42,547 nt of DNA. Source: a virus. Under the pieces are notes generated by a model. That model was not told where the DNA came from. It did not search any database and saw only the letters and a list, made by a program, of their open reading frames with translations. The stretch lies in the IMG/VR virus record IMGVR_UViG_3300009439_000003. One strand, written 5' to 3'. A program made the position numbers and the translations under genes. Shown here in pieces: positions 32,441 through 40,583 of the stretch. How positions within the stretch are numbered: the first letter of the stretch is position 1; each line of letters begins with the position of its first letter.

Positions 32441-33219
32441 TGATTGGAAAAATATTAGGGCATACAGCATATTGGATGGTTAACAAAACCATAGCGAGAG
32501 TTACAAGTATTGAGGCGGCTTTATTATTGGCTGATTTAGCAGATAAGGAGTTGTATTTTAGTAATAGAGATGAGGTTGATGATGAGGGGTATTTTTTTAA
32601 TACTGCTGATAATATCCAGAAAGATACCACGCTCACATATCATAGTCAAAAAAAGGCTTTAAAGTTATTGATGGAGGTTGGTTTTATTGAAACAAAGCTT
32701 AAAGGAGTTCCTGCAAAACTACATTTCAAAATCGTTGAAAACAAGATTTTAAAATTTTTAAATACTGGAATTGAAAAAAGTTCAAAACTTGAATTAGAAA
32801 ATTTTAATACTAATAAGAATAAAACTAATAATAATAAACTGAATAAGAATAAAACTATTAAACCTCAACCAAAGGTTTCGGTTTCTCCAGAAAAGCCAAA
32901 AGAGAAGGAGGATTTGTTTGGTAAAGTTCCAAATAAAAACTCAAAAGTTTTATTTAAAAATTCCGCTTTTTTTGATTTGATTATCTTTAAGCAAAAATTA
33001 AAAGGATTGGATGATGCAGGAGTTGATTTGGAGTTTTACCATAGACAAGTCAATAATTGGAGCGAGAGCAAAACAGTAAAGAGGACAGCAAATGGATGGG
33101 TTGCAACTGCCAGAACATTTATGGAGAAAGACAAACAAGCAGGAAAGTTGCAGATGGTTAAAAGTCCAGAGGAACAAAAGGAGCTTGACCAAGATATGAT
33201 TGATTATTTGAATATGTAA
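32440..33219 (+). CDS. putative replication initiator / replisome organiser (N-terminal winged-helix-like domain)
   Basis: The N-terminal ~100 aa (..GYFFNTADNIQKDTTLTYHSQKKALKLLMEVGFIETKLKGVPAKLHF) resemble DnaD / phage replisome-organiser wHTH domains. An Asn/Lys low-complexity linker follows. Confidence 0.45.
   Translation: MIGKILGHTAYWMVNKTIARVTSIEAALLLADLADKELYFSNRDEVDDEGYFFNTADNIQKDTTLTYHSQKKALKLLMEVGFIETKLKGVPAKLHFKIVENKILKFLNTGIEKSSKLELENFNTNKNKTNNNKLNKNKTIKPQPKVSVSPEKPKEKEDLFGKVPNKNSKVLFKNSAFFDLIIFKQKLKGLDDAGVDLEFYHRQVNNWSESKTVKRTANGWVATARTFMEKDKQAGKLQMVKSPEEQKELDQDMIDYLNM
32812..32857 (+). repeat. 16-nt direct repeat AATAAGAATAAAACTA x2 (30-nt period) in the AT-rich linker
   Basis: Copies at 32812-32827 and 32842-32857. 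Confidence 0.85.
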
Positions 33220-33230
33220 ATTTTATAACG

Positions 33231-34133
33231 ATGTTACCAATAGAAAGAAAGAGCAATGCTCTTGCATTAAGACAGGACAAATATTTGAATGATAAAATAT
33301 TACTTCTCCAGAATGAGGATGTTTTGTTAAAGGTTGGAGAGAGAGATTTGATGATTGCAAATGCAGGAGTTGAGCAACCTATTAGAAAATATACCGATGA
33401 GGAGTTGATTAGTGTGGTGGCAAAGTCTGCTAAAATGATTTGCCGAGATATTGGTGTTAAGGATTGGAATAACCCAAGCATTATGAAATATGATGCAACC
33501 AGATTTTTCACTACTCTAAAAAATTACTACAAGGATTTAAGTTTAAAGGAGGTCAAGATGGCTTTTGAATTAGCAGCAGTTGGAGAGTTGGATGAGTGGT
33601 TGCCAAAAGATAAAAATGGCAATCCAGATAAAAACCACTACCAAGCATTTTCAATGGAGTATTATACCAAGATACTCAATGCGTATAAAGCGAAAAAAAA
33701 TAAGGTTTGGCACAAAGTTAGAAAGGCATTGCCTCCTCCAGAGTACACAATTACAGCCGAGCAAAAAAAGAAAAACAAGGAGGCTTTTTTCAATGATATT
33801 TATGATGCTTTTGATAAGTATAAGAATGAGAAAATTGAGCCAAATTTTATATTAAGTATCTTTTATAAAGAGTTTGTTAGTAGAGGTTTGATTGATGGAG
33901 AGGAGAAAATGAGCAAAAAATCCATTGACAGAGCATATCGCAAGTTAATTGATAGTGATACTCCTCGAAAAGAAAAAAAGGCAGTTATACAAGATTATCA
34001 CAAAAATAAGATTGCACCAGCTTTGATTAGTTCAGCAGAGAGGATTGAGTATAATGAGAGGATAAGAGTATATTTTGACAAAATAATTAGAGAGAATTTA
34101 GATATTAGAATAGTAATTAAAACCGAGAGTTAA
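33231..34133 (+). CDS. hypothetical protein (300 aa; replication-module context)
   Basis: Long ORF directly after the initiator-like gene. No NTPase motif was seen. Confidence 0.6.
   Translation: MLPIERKSNALALRQDKYLNDKILLLQNEDVLLKVGERDLMIANAGVEQPIRKYTDEELISVVAKSAKMICRDIGVKDWNNPSIMKYDATRFFTTLKNYYKDLSLKEVKMAFELAAVGELDEWLPKDKNGNPDKNHYQAFSMEYYTKILNAYKAKKNKVWHKVRKALPPPEYTITAEQKKKNKEAFFNDIYDAFDKYKNEKIEPNFILSIFYKEFVSRGLIDGEEKMSKKSIDRAYRKLIDSDTPRKEKKAVIQDYHKNKIAPALISSAERIEYNERIRVYFDKIIRENLDIRIVIKTES
34120..34130 (+). promoter_or_regulatory. early-gene leader motif (AAACCGAGAGt)
   Basis: 10/11 match, 4 nt upstream of ATG 34135, inside the upstream ORF (..IKTES*). Confidence 0.65.
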
Positions 34134-34134
34134 A

Positions 34135-34416
34135 ATGAATGCAAAAAATGTTTATCAAAAAGCCATTGAAAAATGGGGAGTTAATGCACAGGTTGATATG
34201 GTGCAAGAGGAGTGTTTGGAATTAGCACTTGCAATTAGAAAATATAGGAGAGAACCAAATGAGAAAAGGTTTGAGGAGTTTATTGATGAGGTTGCCGATG
34301 TTACAATTATGGTTAATCAAATGGAAAATGTTGAGGGATGGAAAGAGTTGATTGATGAGAGAATTGCTTTTAAATTAAATAGGTTAAATGACCGAATAAC
34401 TAATAATCAATTTTAA
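34135..34416 (+). CDS. MazG-like nucleotide pyrophosphohydrolase (small all-alpha NTP-PPase)
   Basis: 93 aa with paired acidic helices: VQEECLELALAI (EExxE) and EFIDEVADVTIM (DExxD). Confidence 0.55.
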   Translation: MNAKNVYQKAIEKWGVNAQVDMVQEECLELALAIRKYRREPNEKRFEEFIDEVADVTIMVNQMENVEGWKELIDERIAFKLNRLNDRITNNQF

Positions 34417-34417
34417 T

Positions 34418-34945
34418 ATGGAGGCACAAACGATAATAGGAATTGACCCAGGAGCATCTGGAGGGATTGCAGTTTATAATCATAAAGGAGAAATAACCGC
34501 AGTAAAGATGCCAAAGAATGTTGAGGATTTAAGTGAGTATTTAACTTACATCAAAACCAACTTTAATAAACCAATCTGCTTCATCGAGAAAGTGCAGAGT
34601 TTTCATAGTGATACAGATGATGGAGGGAAAAGGTTTGGAATACAGAAAATGTTGGCAAACTATGAACAATTAAAAACTGTTTTAACCTTGTCAAAAATTC
34701 CATTTGTGCAAGTTTATCCTCAATCGTGGCAAGGAGGGTTAAATTTGAGAAAAAAGGGAGAGAGCAAGAAAGACCGTAAGAATAGATATAAAGCTGCTGC
34801 ATTAAAATATTATCCAGAATTAAAGCCGACTTTGTGGAGTGCAGATGCTTTATGTATTGTGCAGTTTGGGAGATTAAAGTTTAACACGGATGTTGATTGG
34901 ATAATTGAGAGATTACCTCCTGCTGCTCAAAAAGAAATATTTTGA
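34418..34945 (+). CDS. RuvC-like Holliday junction resolvase
   Basis: IIGIDPGASGGIAV (catalytic Asp), CFIEKVQ (Glu) and WSADALCIVQFG (C-terminal Asp pair). Confidence 0.7.
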   Translation: MEAQTIIGIDPGASGGIAVYNHKGEITAVKMPKNVEDLSEYLTYIKTNFNKPICFIEKVQSFHSDTDDGGKRFGIQKMLANYEQLKTVLTLSKIPFVQVYPQSWQGGLNLRKKGESKKDRKNRYKAAALKYYPELKPTLWSADALCIVQFGRLKFNTDVDWIIERLPPAAQKEIF

Positions 34946-34950
34946 GAGAT

Positions 34951-35274
34951 ATGGTTAAGTATTGGGATTTACCATTAGTATTGATTGAGGGCGTTTATTC
35001 TAAAAAAGCAGGAGTTGGAGTTAAGCATAAAATTGTTGATAGTTTTGATGAGTTGGATATGGATAGTAAAGTTTTTGAGCAAGCAATAATGCAACTCAAC
35101 AAACACAAGTGGACTGGAGTACCAAACCAAGCAACGCCATATTGTAGTGAGTATTTAAAAACAAGACCAGCACACTCATTTTGTAAAGAAGTATTTGGAA
35201 AGAAAAAAAGAAATTACAAATCCTGTTGCAGAGCAGTTAACATTATTTTAGTATGGATGATTTCATTAAGTTAG
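34951..35274 (+). CDS. hypothetical protein (107 aa in zero frame); an alternative +1 frame C-terminus ends in QLTLF
   Basis: ATG 34951 is preferred over the track's TTG 34942. An A7 run lies at 35203-35209. The +1 frame reads EITNPVAEQLTLF* and stops at 35249-35251. Confidence 0.5.
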   Translation: MVKYWDLPLVLIEGVYSKKAGVGVKHKIVDSFDELDMDSKVFEQAIMQLNKHKWTGVPNQATPYCSEYLKTRPAHSFCKEVFGKKKRNYKSCCRAVNIILVWMISLS

Positions 35275-35408
35275 TTGAGGAGATGAGAAAGTTGCAAAAG
35301 CAATATTTCAAGACCAGAGATAGAGATGTTTTGATTAGGTCAAAAGAGTCAGAGAGAAAGGTTGATACTTTTATTAAAGATTTAAGAGAGCCAAAATTTG
35401 GATTTTGA
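35253..35408 (+). CDS. hypothetical protein (51 aa)
   Basis: Hand-translated as MDDFIKLVEEMRKLQKQYFKTRDRDVLIRSKESERKVDTFIKDLREPKFGF. Confidence 0.5.
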   Translation: MDDFIKLVEEMRKLQKQYFKTRDRDVLIRSKESERKVDTFIKDLREPKFGF

Positions 35409-35580
35409 TGATGTAAAAAGGAGAAAGGATTTGGCAGAGTTTAATATGTGCCGAATGAAAGAGTGCAAGTTTTATAATGGGATTTGCACACATGACTTTG
35501 ATACGGTTGATAAGAGAACAGGAGAGAATATTTGCCCATTAAATGAGAACAGCGTTGAAAGATTAAATTTTAAAGGCTGA
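35398..35580 (+). CDS. Cys-rich small protein (60 aa from TTG; 44 aa from ATG 35446)
   Basis: MCRMKECKFYNGICTHDFDTVDKRTGENICPLNE. The start codon is uncertain. Confidence 0.4.
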   Translation: MDFDDVKRRKDLAEFNMCRMKECKFYNGICTHDFDTVDKRTGENICPLNENSVERLNFKG

Positions 35581-35600
35581 ATTATATTAAAAATTATGTT

Positions 35601-35608
35601 TAAATTAG
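35601..35608 (+). promoter_or_regulatory. degenerate module-type -7 box (TAAATTAG)
   Basis: ATGTTTAAATTAGTGCC resembles the P1-P3 core ATGTTTAAATTTGACCA but lacks the TTTG. Confidence 0.3.
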
Positions 35609-35617
35609 TGCCATTAA

Positions 35618-35628
35618 AAATCGAGAGC
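35618..35628 (+). promoter_or_regulatory. leader motif variant AAATCGAGAGC
   Basis: 10/11 match, 2 nt upstream of ATG 35631. Confidence 0.55.
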
Positions 35629-35630
35629 AA

Positions 35631-35972
35631 ATGATTAAATTAGTAGTAAAGCACGTAAGCACAAAAGACCAAAAAACCCAAACCACAATAACATTTTCCA
35701 CTAAAGAAAGTATTGGAAACATTGACAGAATTGCAATGGAAAACTCGCCAGGCATTTTAATCTTTGAGAAAGATTTTAAAAAGGAGGGAATTGAGAGAGC
35801 GATTAAGGATGTTGATTTGGGAGTTGAGTATGGCAAACACAGTCCAAGCAAAAAATTAAGAGGTAAACTTTATGAGTATTGGCATAACAATGTAACCGAT
35901 GAGGATTGGGAGTATTGGTATGTTAAGAAAATGGATGGAGTTTTGGATTTTATGACTAAACAATTATCGTAA
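35631..35972 (+). CDS. hypothetical protein (113 aa)
   Basis: ORF preceded by a leader-motif variant. Confidence 0.6.
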   Translation: MIKLVVKHVSTKDQKTQTTITFSTKESIGNIDRIAMENSPGILIFEKDFKKEGIERAIKDVDLGVEYGKHSPSKKLRGKLYEYWHNNVTDEDWEYWYVKKMDGVLDFMTKQLS

Positions 35973-36415
35973 TGAAAAGGAGAGATGTTTTATTATATGG
36001 TCAATCAAATAAGCAAGGGAGTTTTTTGATGGCAAATAAACAGGAGATGCAGGAATTTTTTAAGGCTTGGCCAGAGAAGTTTTTTACTCTAAAAATCGAA
36101 GTCCATAAAAATCAACCTTTGAGCATTCCGTTAATCGTTTATTACAAAAAGAAAGTTGTACCAGATATGCAAAGAGCGTTTTTTGATGCAGGAGATAGGT
36201 ACACAGCAGAGGAGACTGATTTGGTTTTGAGGTCAGCAAGTCCAATTTGTAAAAAAGAGGATTATAATTTTGGGAGGAAAAAATGGGAGAGCGTAATTAT
36301 TGAGTTGGAGGATATGGATAACCAACAATTAGTTTTCTTTATAGAGCAATTAAAAGATTTCGCAGCAGTTAATTTTGGGGTTTACATAGAAGACCCCGAA
36401 CAGTTTAATCAATAA
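35972..36415 (+). CDS. hypothetical protein (147 aa)
   Basis: TAATG overlap with the upstream gene. Confidence 0.6.
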   Translation: MKRRDVLLYGQSNKQGSFLMANKQEMQEFFKAWPEKFFTLKIEVHKNQPLSIPLIVYYKKKVVPDMQRAFFDAGDRYTAEETDLVLRSASPICKKEDYNFGRKKWESVIIELEDMDNQQLVFFIEQLKDFAAVNFGVYIEDPEQFNQ

Positions 36416-36427
36416 ATAATTTTACAG

Positions 36428-37189
36428 ATGGCAAAGAGAGATATGTACTCAAAAAGTTGGATTACTGAAAATGCAATACAGATAGTCCAGAGATACGAAA
36501 AAGGAATTTTGACAATTAGAGGATTACATTACCAATTGGTAGGAATTGGAATGACAAATACCGATAGGCATTATAAGAGAGTTGTTAATGCTATGATACA
36601 AGCGAGATGGGATGGGTTGATTGACTTTGATGTTTTCAGCGATAATGATAGAGAAATGATTGGCTCAACTCGTTATGAGGAAACAGATGTTGATGATAAG
36701 GTTGATACTGCAAAATATCAATTAAAAGCGTGGATGCGTAATTATAGCAAAAACAGATGGGAAAATCAACAGTATTATCCAGAGGTATTTATTGAAAAGA
36801 AAGCATTGCAAGGAGTGTTTGGGAAACCTTGCAAAAGATTAGATGTTACTTTGGGAGCGTGTAAAGGTTACCCAAGTTTAACTTTTTTAAATGAGGCAGC
36901 CGAAAGATTTAAGATGGCAGAGATGAGAGGTAAAACACCAATCATTTTATACTTTGGAGATTATGACCCAAGTGGAGAGGATATACCGAGGAGCATACAG
37001 GATAATCTGGAGAGGTTTGGAGTAGAGGTTGAGGTGCGTAGATTTGCATTGATGGAGGAGCAAGTTGTTGAATGGGGATTACCTCCTGCTCCTGCAAAGA
37101 AAACAGATAGCAGGACAGCAAATTGGAATGGACTTGGATGCAGTATTACCAGAGAAGTTGCAGGATATGTGTACGGATGCAATAAATAG
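36428..37189 (+). CDS. Topo VI subunit A / Spo11-like protein (5Y-CAP winged helix plus Toprim), reading frame broken near 37125
   Basis: LTIRGLHYQLV (CAP Tyr region), the Toprim Glu in EVFIEKKALQGVF, GACKGYPS and the DxD in ILYFGDYDPSGEDI. The zero-frame tail (..NGLGCSITREVAGYVYGCNK) looks non-native. Confidence 0.6.
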   Translation: MAKRDMYSKSWITENAIQIVQRYEKGILTIRGLHYQLVGIGMTNTDRHYKRVVNAMIQARWDGLIDFDVFSDNDREMIGSTRYEETDVDDKVDTAKYQLKAWMRNYSKNRWENQQYYPEVFIEKKALQGVFGKPCKRLDVTLGACKGYPSLTFLNEAAERFKMAEMRGKTPIILYFGDYDPSGEDIPRSIQDNLERFGVEVEVRRFALMEEQVVEWGLPPAPAKKTDSRTANWNGLGCSITREVAGYVYGCNK

Positions 37190-37298
37190 CGTATTTGATG
37201 AGGATAAGTATGATGAGTTAAATGAGCAGGAGGATGAGGAGAGAGAGGTTTACCAAACTGAATTAAAAAGATACGTTAACGAGGAGTTGAATGGCTAA
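37128..37298 (+). CDS. +1-frame continuation or C-terminal fragment of the Topo VI-A-like protein
   Basis: MDLDAVLPEKLQDMCTDAINSVFDEDKYDEL.... This frame is already open upstream, from TTG 37065. It reads like the natural continuation after ..KKTDSRTANW. Confidence 0.4.
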   Translation: MDLDAVLPEKLQDMCTDAINSVFDEDKYDELNEQEDEEREVYQTELKRYVNEELNG

Positions 37299-37506
37299 AA
37301 GAAAGGTATCTAAAAAAGAGAGTGTTTATAATATTCTCAAAGGTCAAACAATTACAATTGTTGCTCGAAAGAAAGGACAGGAGGAAAAGCAGAAAGATAT
37401 GGAGTATACAAAAGCATTAGAGGCGAAAGCAAAATTTGAGGCATTGGGTTGGTCGGTAAGCCTCTACCAAGTTGGATTTTATCAACCATTTAATAATAAT
37501 AAATAA
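37291..37506 (+). CDS. hypothetical protein (71 aa)
   Basis: ORF overlapping the previous stop by 8 nt. Confidence 0.5.
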   Translation: MAKRKVSKKESVYNILKGQTITIVARKKGQEEKQKDMEYTKALEAKAKFEALGWSVSLYQVGFYQPFNNNK

Positions 37507-37513
37507 TAGTAAA

Positions 37514-38182
37514 ATGAAAAACACGGAGTTATCGCAATTTACATTGCAAAAAGTAAAAACAAAAGGTCAAGGTCTGGAGGCTACTTTTGAAGTGCAGGAA
37601 ACCACAGGAGTTGAAGTTTACCACGACCAGAAAACAGTTAAAAGTGATAAAACACCTCATCCAGATTTGACTGCAATTATTAAAGTTTTCAGAGGACACA
37701 TGGGAGAGATTTTTTACTTCTCAACAATTAGAGAGTTGATTGATAGTAAAGTTTTTATGCCAAACCCATCACAAACAAAAATCCTTGCATCAAAATACAA
37801 TGATTTAGAGAGCAAGATTAATGTTACAGGCGTTTCTGTATCTGGAAAAGAGGAAAACAAAGGAATGATTATTACTGCAAAGCTGAAAACAGAAACAGGA
37901 CAGGAGGTTGCAATTAATTCTCAACGTATTAAATTCAATGGAACCAAGTACGGATTTGAGGAGGATTTGGAGAACTTGATTACAGATTTGGAGGCAGAGG
38001 TTTTTGAGTATGTAATTAATGGAAAACAGGCGCAGATTGAGATGGCATTTGATGATGAGCCAGATGGAAAGACCAAAGCAGCAGGAGTTGAGAAAGATGA
38101 TGATGGGCAGTTGGATATGATGGAGGAGGCTTTGAAAGATGATGAGAAAGTTGAGGAGGAGGAAAGCCAAGAGGAGGAGTAA
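37514..38182 (+). CDS. hypothetical protein with an acidic C-terminal tail (222 aa)
   Basis: ATG 37514 is preferred over the track's TTG 37472. It ends ..DDEKVEEEESQEEE. Confidence 0.6.
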   Translation: MKNTELSQFTLQKVKTKGQGLEATFEVQETTGVEVYHDQKTVKSDKTPHPDLTAIIKVFRGHMGEIFYFSTIRELIDSKVFMPNPSQTKILASKYNDLESKINVTGVSVSGKEENKGMIITAKLKTETGQEVAINSQRIKFNGTKYGFEEDLENLITDLEAEVFEYVINGKQAQIEMAFDDEPDGKTKAAGVEKDDDGQLDMMEEALKDDEKVEEEESQEEE

Positions 38183-38626
38183 TTGGAGTTACCAATAAAA
38201 ATATCAACACGAGAGGAGTTTGAGTATGTAATGAGCCGAGATTACAACCCATTATTGGATTGGAAAAAGTTTATTATACCAAACTCTTTGCGTGTAGATA
38301 TTCAGAGAGAGATGTTTGGGCAGAGCTTTATTAGTAAAGGGAGTAATATTGTAGATGCCAACCAAAGATTTTACCGTTATATGTGGGAAACAAAAACCCA
38401 TATTTGCGAGGAGTGTGGAAAACCTTTGAGCCATTACAGTTCGGTTTTTATTAGTCATATTTTATCCAGAGGAGCAAAGCCAGAAATGGCACACGATTGC
38501 AGGAATATAAATATACTTTGTTTCAATCATCATAACCAATGGGAACAGGAGACCACAAGAAAGACAATGAAAATTTATAAAACCAATTTAATAATAATCC
38601 AGATTTTAAAAGATGATTACAAATGA
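38183..38626 (+). CDS. HNH-type nuclease-like protein
   Basis: ICEECGKPL...SHIL...NINILCFNHHNQWE follows the CxxC, H, N, H arrangement. The start is TTG 38183, with an alternative ATG at 38231. Confidence 0.45.
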   Translation: MELPIKISTREEFEYVMSRDYNPLLDWKKFIIPNSLRVDIQREMFGQSFISKGSNIVDANQRFYRYMWETKTHICEECGKPLSHYSSVFISHILSRGAKPEMAHDCRNINILCFNHHNQWEQETTRKTMKIYKTNLIIIQILKDDYK

Positions 38627-39381
38627 TACTAAGTAAACCAATAATATTTTTCGACCTTGAAACAACAGGAGTAAATATTGTAAAAGATAGGATTGTGCAA
38701 ATAGCAATCTTAAAAATTTCTCCAGATGGAGAGCAGGAGCAAAAAAAGACTTTGGTTAATCCTGGCATTGATATTCCAGAGGGAGCAACAGAAGTTCACG
38801 GAATTACAAACCAGATGGTTCTGGGAGCGCCAAGTTTCAAACAAATAAGCAAAAGCCTTGCAGAGCAAATGAAAGGATGTGATATTGCAGGATATAACAG
38901 CGATGTTTTTGATGTACCGCTTTTAATTGAGGAGTTTAGTAGAGCAGGCATAGAGTTTCCAGATGCAGGAGAGGAGATTAATTTTGTTGATGTTCTAAAG
39001 ATAGAGAGGAGGATTAATAGCCATAAACTTACTGAAACTTATAAAAGATATACAGGAGAGGAGTTGGATGATGCACACGATGCAATGAATGATGTTATTG
39101 GAACTGCAAAAGTATTATTTGCTCAATTAGAGAAAATGAATGATGATGCAAGAACAAATGATTTTACAGTTGAGGAGTTGGATTTGTTTTGCCAAGATGA
39201 GAGAAAGCGAGTAGATTATGCAGGGAAACTTTATGAAAAGGATGGAGAGGTTTATTGGAGTTTTGGAAAGCATAAGGATTGTTTGGTTAAGGAGGAGAGG
39301 CAATATGCTGATTGGGTTTTGAGGTCGGATTTTCCAACAGACACAAAAAATAGAATTAAAAAAATATTGAGCAATGAGTAA
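38623..39381 (+). CDS. DnaQ-like 3'-5' exonuclease (DEDDh family)
   Basis: Exo I IFFDLETTG, Exo II AGYNSDVFDVPLL, Exo III HDAMNDV. Confidence 0.85.
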   Translation: MILSKPIIFFDLETTGVNIVKDRIVQIAILKISPDGEQEQKKTLVNPGIDIPEGATEVHGITNQMVLGAPSFKQISKSLAEQMKGCDIAGYNSDVFDVPLLIEEFSRAGIEFPDAGEEINFVDVLKIERRINSHKLTETYKRYTGEELDDAHDAMNDVIGTAKVLFAQLEKMNDDARTNDFTVEELDLFCQDERKRVDYAGKLYEKDGEVYWSFGKHKDCLVKEERQYADWVLRSDFPTDTKNRIKKILSNE

Positions 39382-39760
39382 AGCAAGAGGAATGAGCAAC
39401 AATGCTCGAAACAAAAGGGAGTTTAAAAAAATCCAATTAAAACTCAATGGTTATCTTAATGCTTTTATAAGTATCTGTTATTTTGAGGAGAAAAAATTGG
39501 ATTGGAATATTATAACCGAGAAAGAGTTTACCAGATTGAGAGGTAAATGGAAAGCCTTTTGTAAAAACAAAGGATATTCGGAGGATGTTATTGCAGCTTT
39601 TCATTGGGATTGTATGTTGCTAAAAGTTGATTTAATAATGCAGACCAAGTATGAGAAAGAGGCAGATAAAAATGAGATATTAGTTTATCTAAAAAAAGGA
39701 ATGACACCGTTAGAAGTGGCAGACTATATGTTTAAAAATTCAAAAACAACAGAAGTATGA
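39374..39760 (+). CDS. hypothetical protein (128 aa)
   Basis: ORF overlapping the upstream stop by 8 nt. Confidence 0.55.
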   Translation: MSKARGMSNNARNKREFKKIQLKLNGYLNAFISICYFEEKKLDWNIITEKEFTRLRGKWKAFCKNKGYSEDVIAAFHWDCMLLKVDLIMQTKYEKEADKNEILVYLKKGMTPLEVADYMFKNSKTTEV

Positions 39761-40008
39761 AACCAGTAAAATTTGACGAGCAAAATATGGTGTTCGGAGA
39801 GAACCAGAAAGAGTATGGAGATTTACCAGCATTTAGAGACCGAGAGGGGCAAGTGATTACTTGTTGGGAATTAGAGGAGGGAGAGTTGGAGCAAATCCAG
39901 AAAACAGGAAAAGTTTATTTAAGACAATTAACTTTTAATCAACCATTACAACCTGTTTCTTTGCATATAGCATCTCCATTTGTTGAACCAGAAAAAACAG
40001 AGGATTAG
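39757..40008 (+). CDS. hypothetical protein (83 aa)
   Basis: ATGA overlap with the upstream gene. Confidence 0.55.
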   Translation: MKPVKFDEQNMVFGENQKEYGDLPAFRDREGQVITCWELEEGELEQIQKTGKVYLRQLTFNQPLQPVSLHIASPFVEPEKTED

Positions 40009-40029
40009 TTATGAGTACAGTTAATAAAC

Positions 40030-40060
40030 TTGTTTATGTTATTTAATTAAAATAAGTTTG
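40030..40060 (+). promoter_or_regulatory. promoter of the HNH endonuclease gene
   Basis: TTG 40030-40032, a 20-nt spacer, then TAAGTTTG 40053-40060. ATG 40065 lies only 4 nt downstream. Confidence 0.5.
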
Positions 40061-40064
40061 TTGA

Positions 40065-40583
40065 ATGTATTTAGAAAAAATAAAAACGCTATATCTGGAG
40101 GAAAAATTAAGTACAACAGATATAGCAAAAAAATTAGGTTATTCAGTTAGTAAAGTAAGGTATTGGCTAAAAAAAGAGAATTGTTTGAGAAGTCGTGCAG
40201 ATGGTCATAAATTATCAATACCAAAAATGGGAAAGCAAAGTATTGGAAAAAAGCGAGTTTTTACAAAACAGCATAAAGAAAATATGAGTTTATCAGCTTT
40301 ACAAAGAGGAGAGAATAATGCTAAAGGTTATTATAAAAATAGCAATGGTTATCTTGAATTTACAAGAGGAGATTTAAAAGGTAAAATGATACACGTTTTT
40401 ATAATGGAGTGCTTGAAAGGCAGAAAACTGAAAAGAAATGAAGTAGTGCATCACAAAGATGGTAACAAAATAAATAATTCAGTTTATAACCTTGAATTAA
40501 TGTTAAAATCAGAGCATTCCAGATTGCATGCAAAAATGAATTTTAAAGACAGAAAAATTAATAATAAAGGACAATTACAATGA
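40065..40583 (+). CDS. HNH homing endonuclease with an N-terminal HTH
   Basis: LSTTDIAKKLGYSVSKVRYWL (HTH) and VVHHKDGNKINNSVYNLELMLKSEHSRLH (HNH). Confidence 0.8.
   Translation: MYLEKIKTLYLEEKLSTTDIAKKLGYSVSKVRYWLKKENCLRSRADGHKLSIPKMGKQSIGKKRVFTKQHKENMSLSALQRGENNAKGYYKNSNGYLEFTRGDLKGKMIHVFIMECLKGRKLKRNEVVHHKDGNKINNSVYNLELMLKSEHSRLHAKMNFKDRKINNKGQLQ

Larger units (their letters stand above)
40030..40583 (+). mobile_element. free-standing HNH homing-endonuclease cassette (own promoter plus gene)
   Basis: A self-contained promoter and HNH gene sit between two tightly packed gene runs, immediately upstream of ssb. Codon usage is more A-rich and GAA-rich than in neighbouring genes. Confidence 0.45.
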
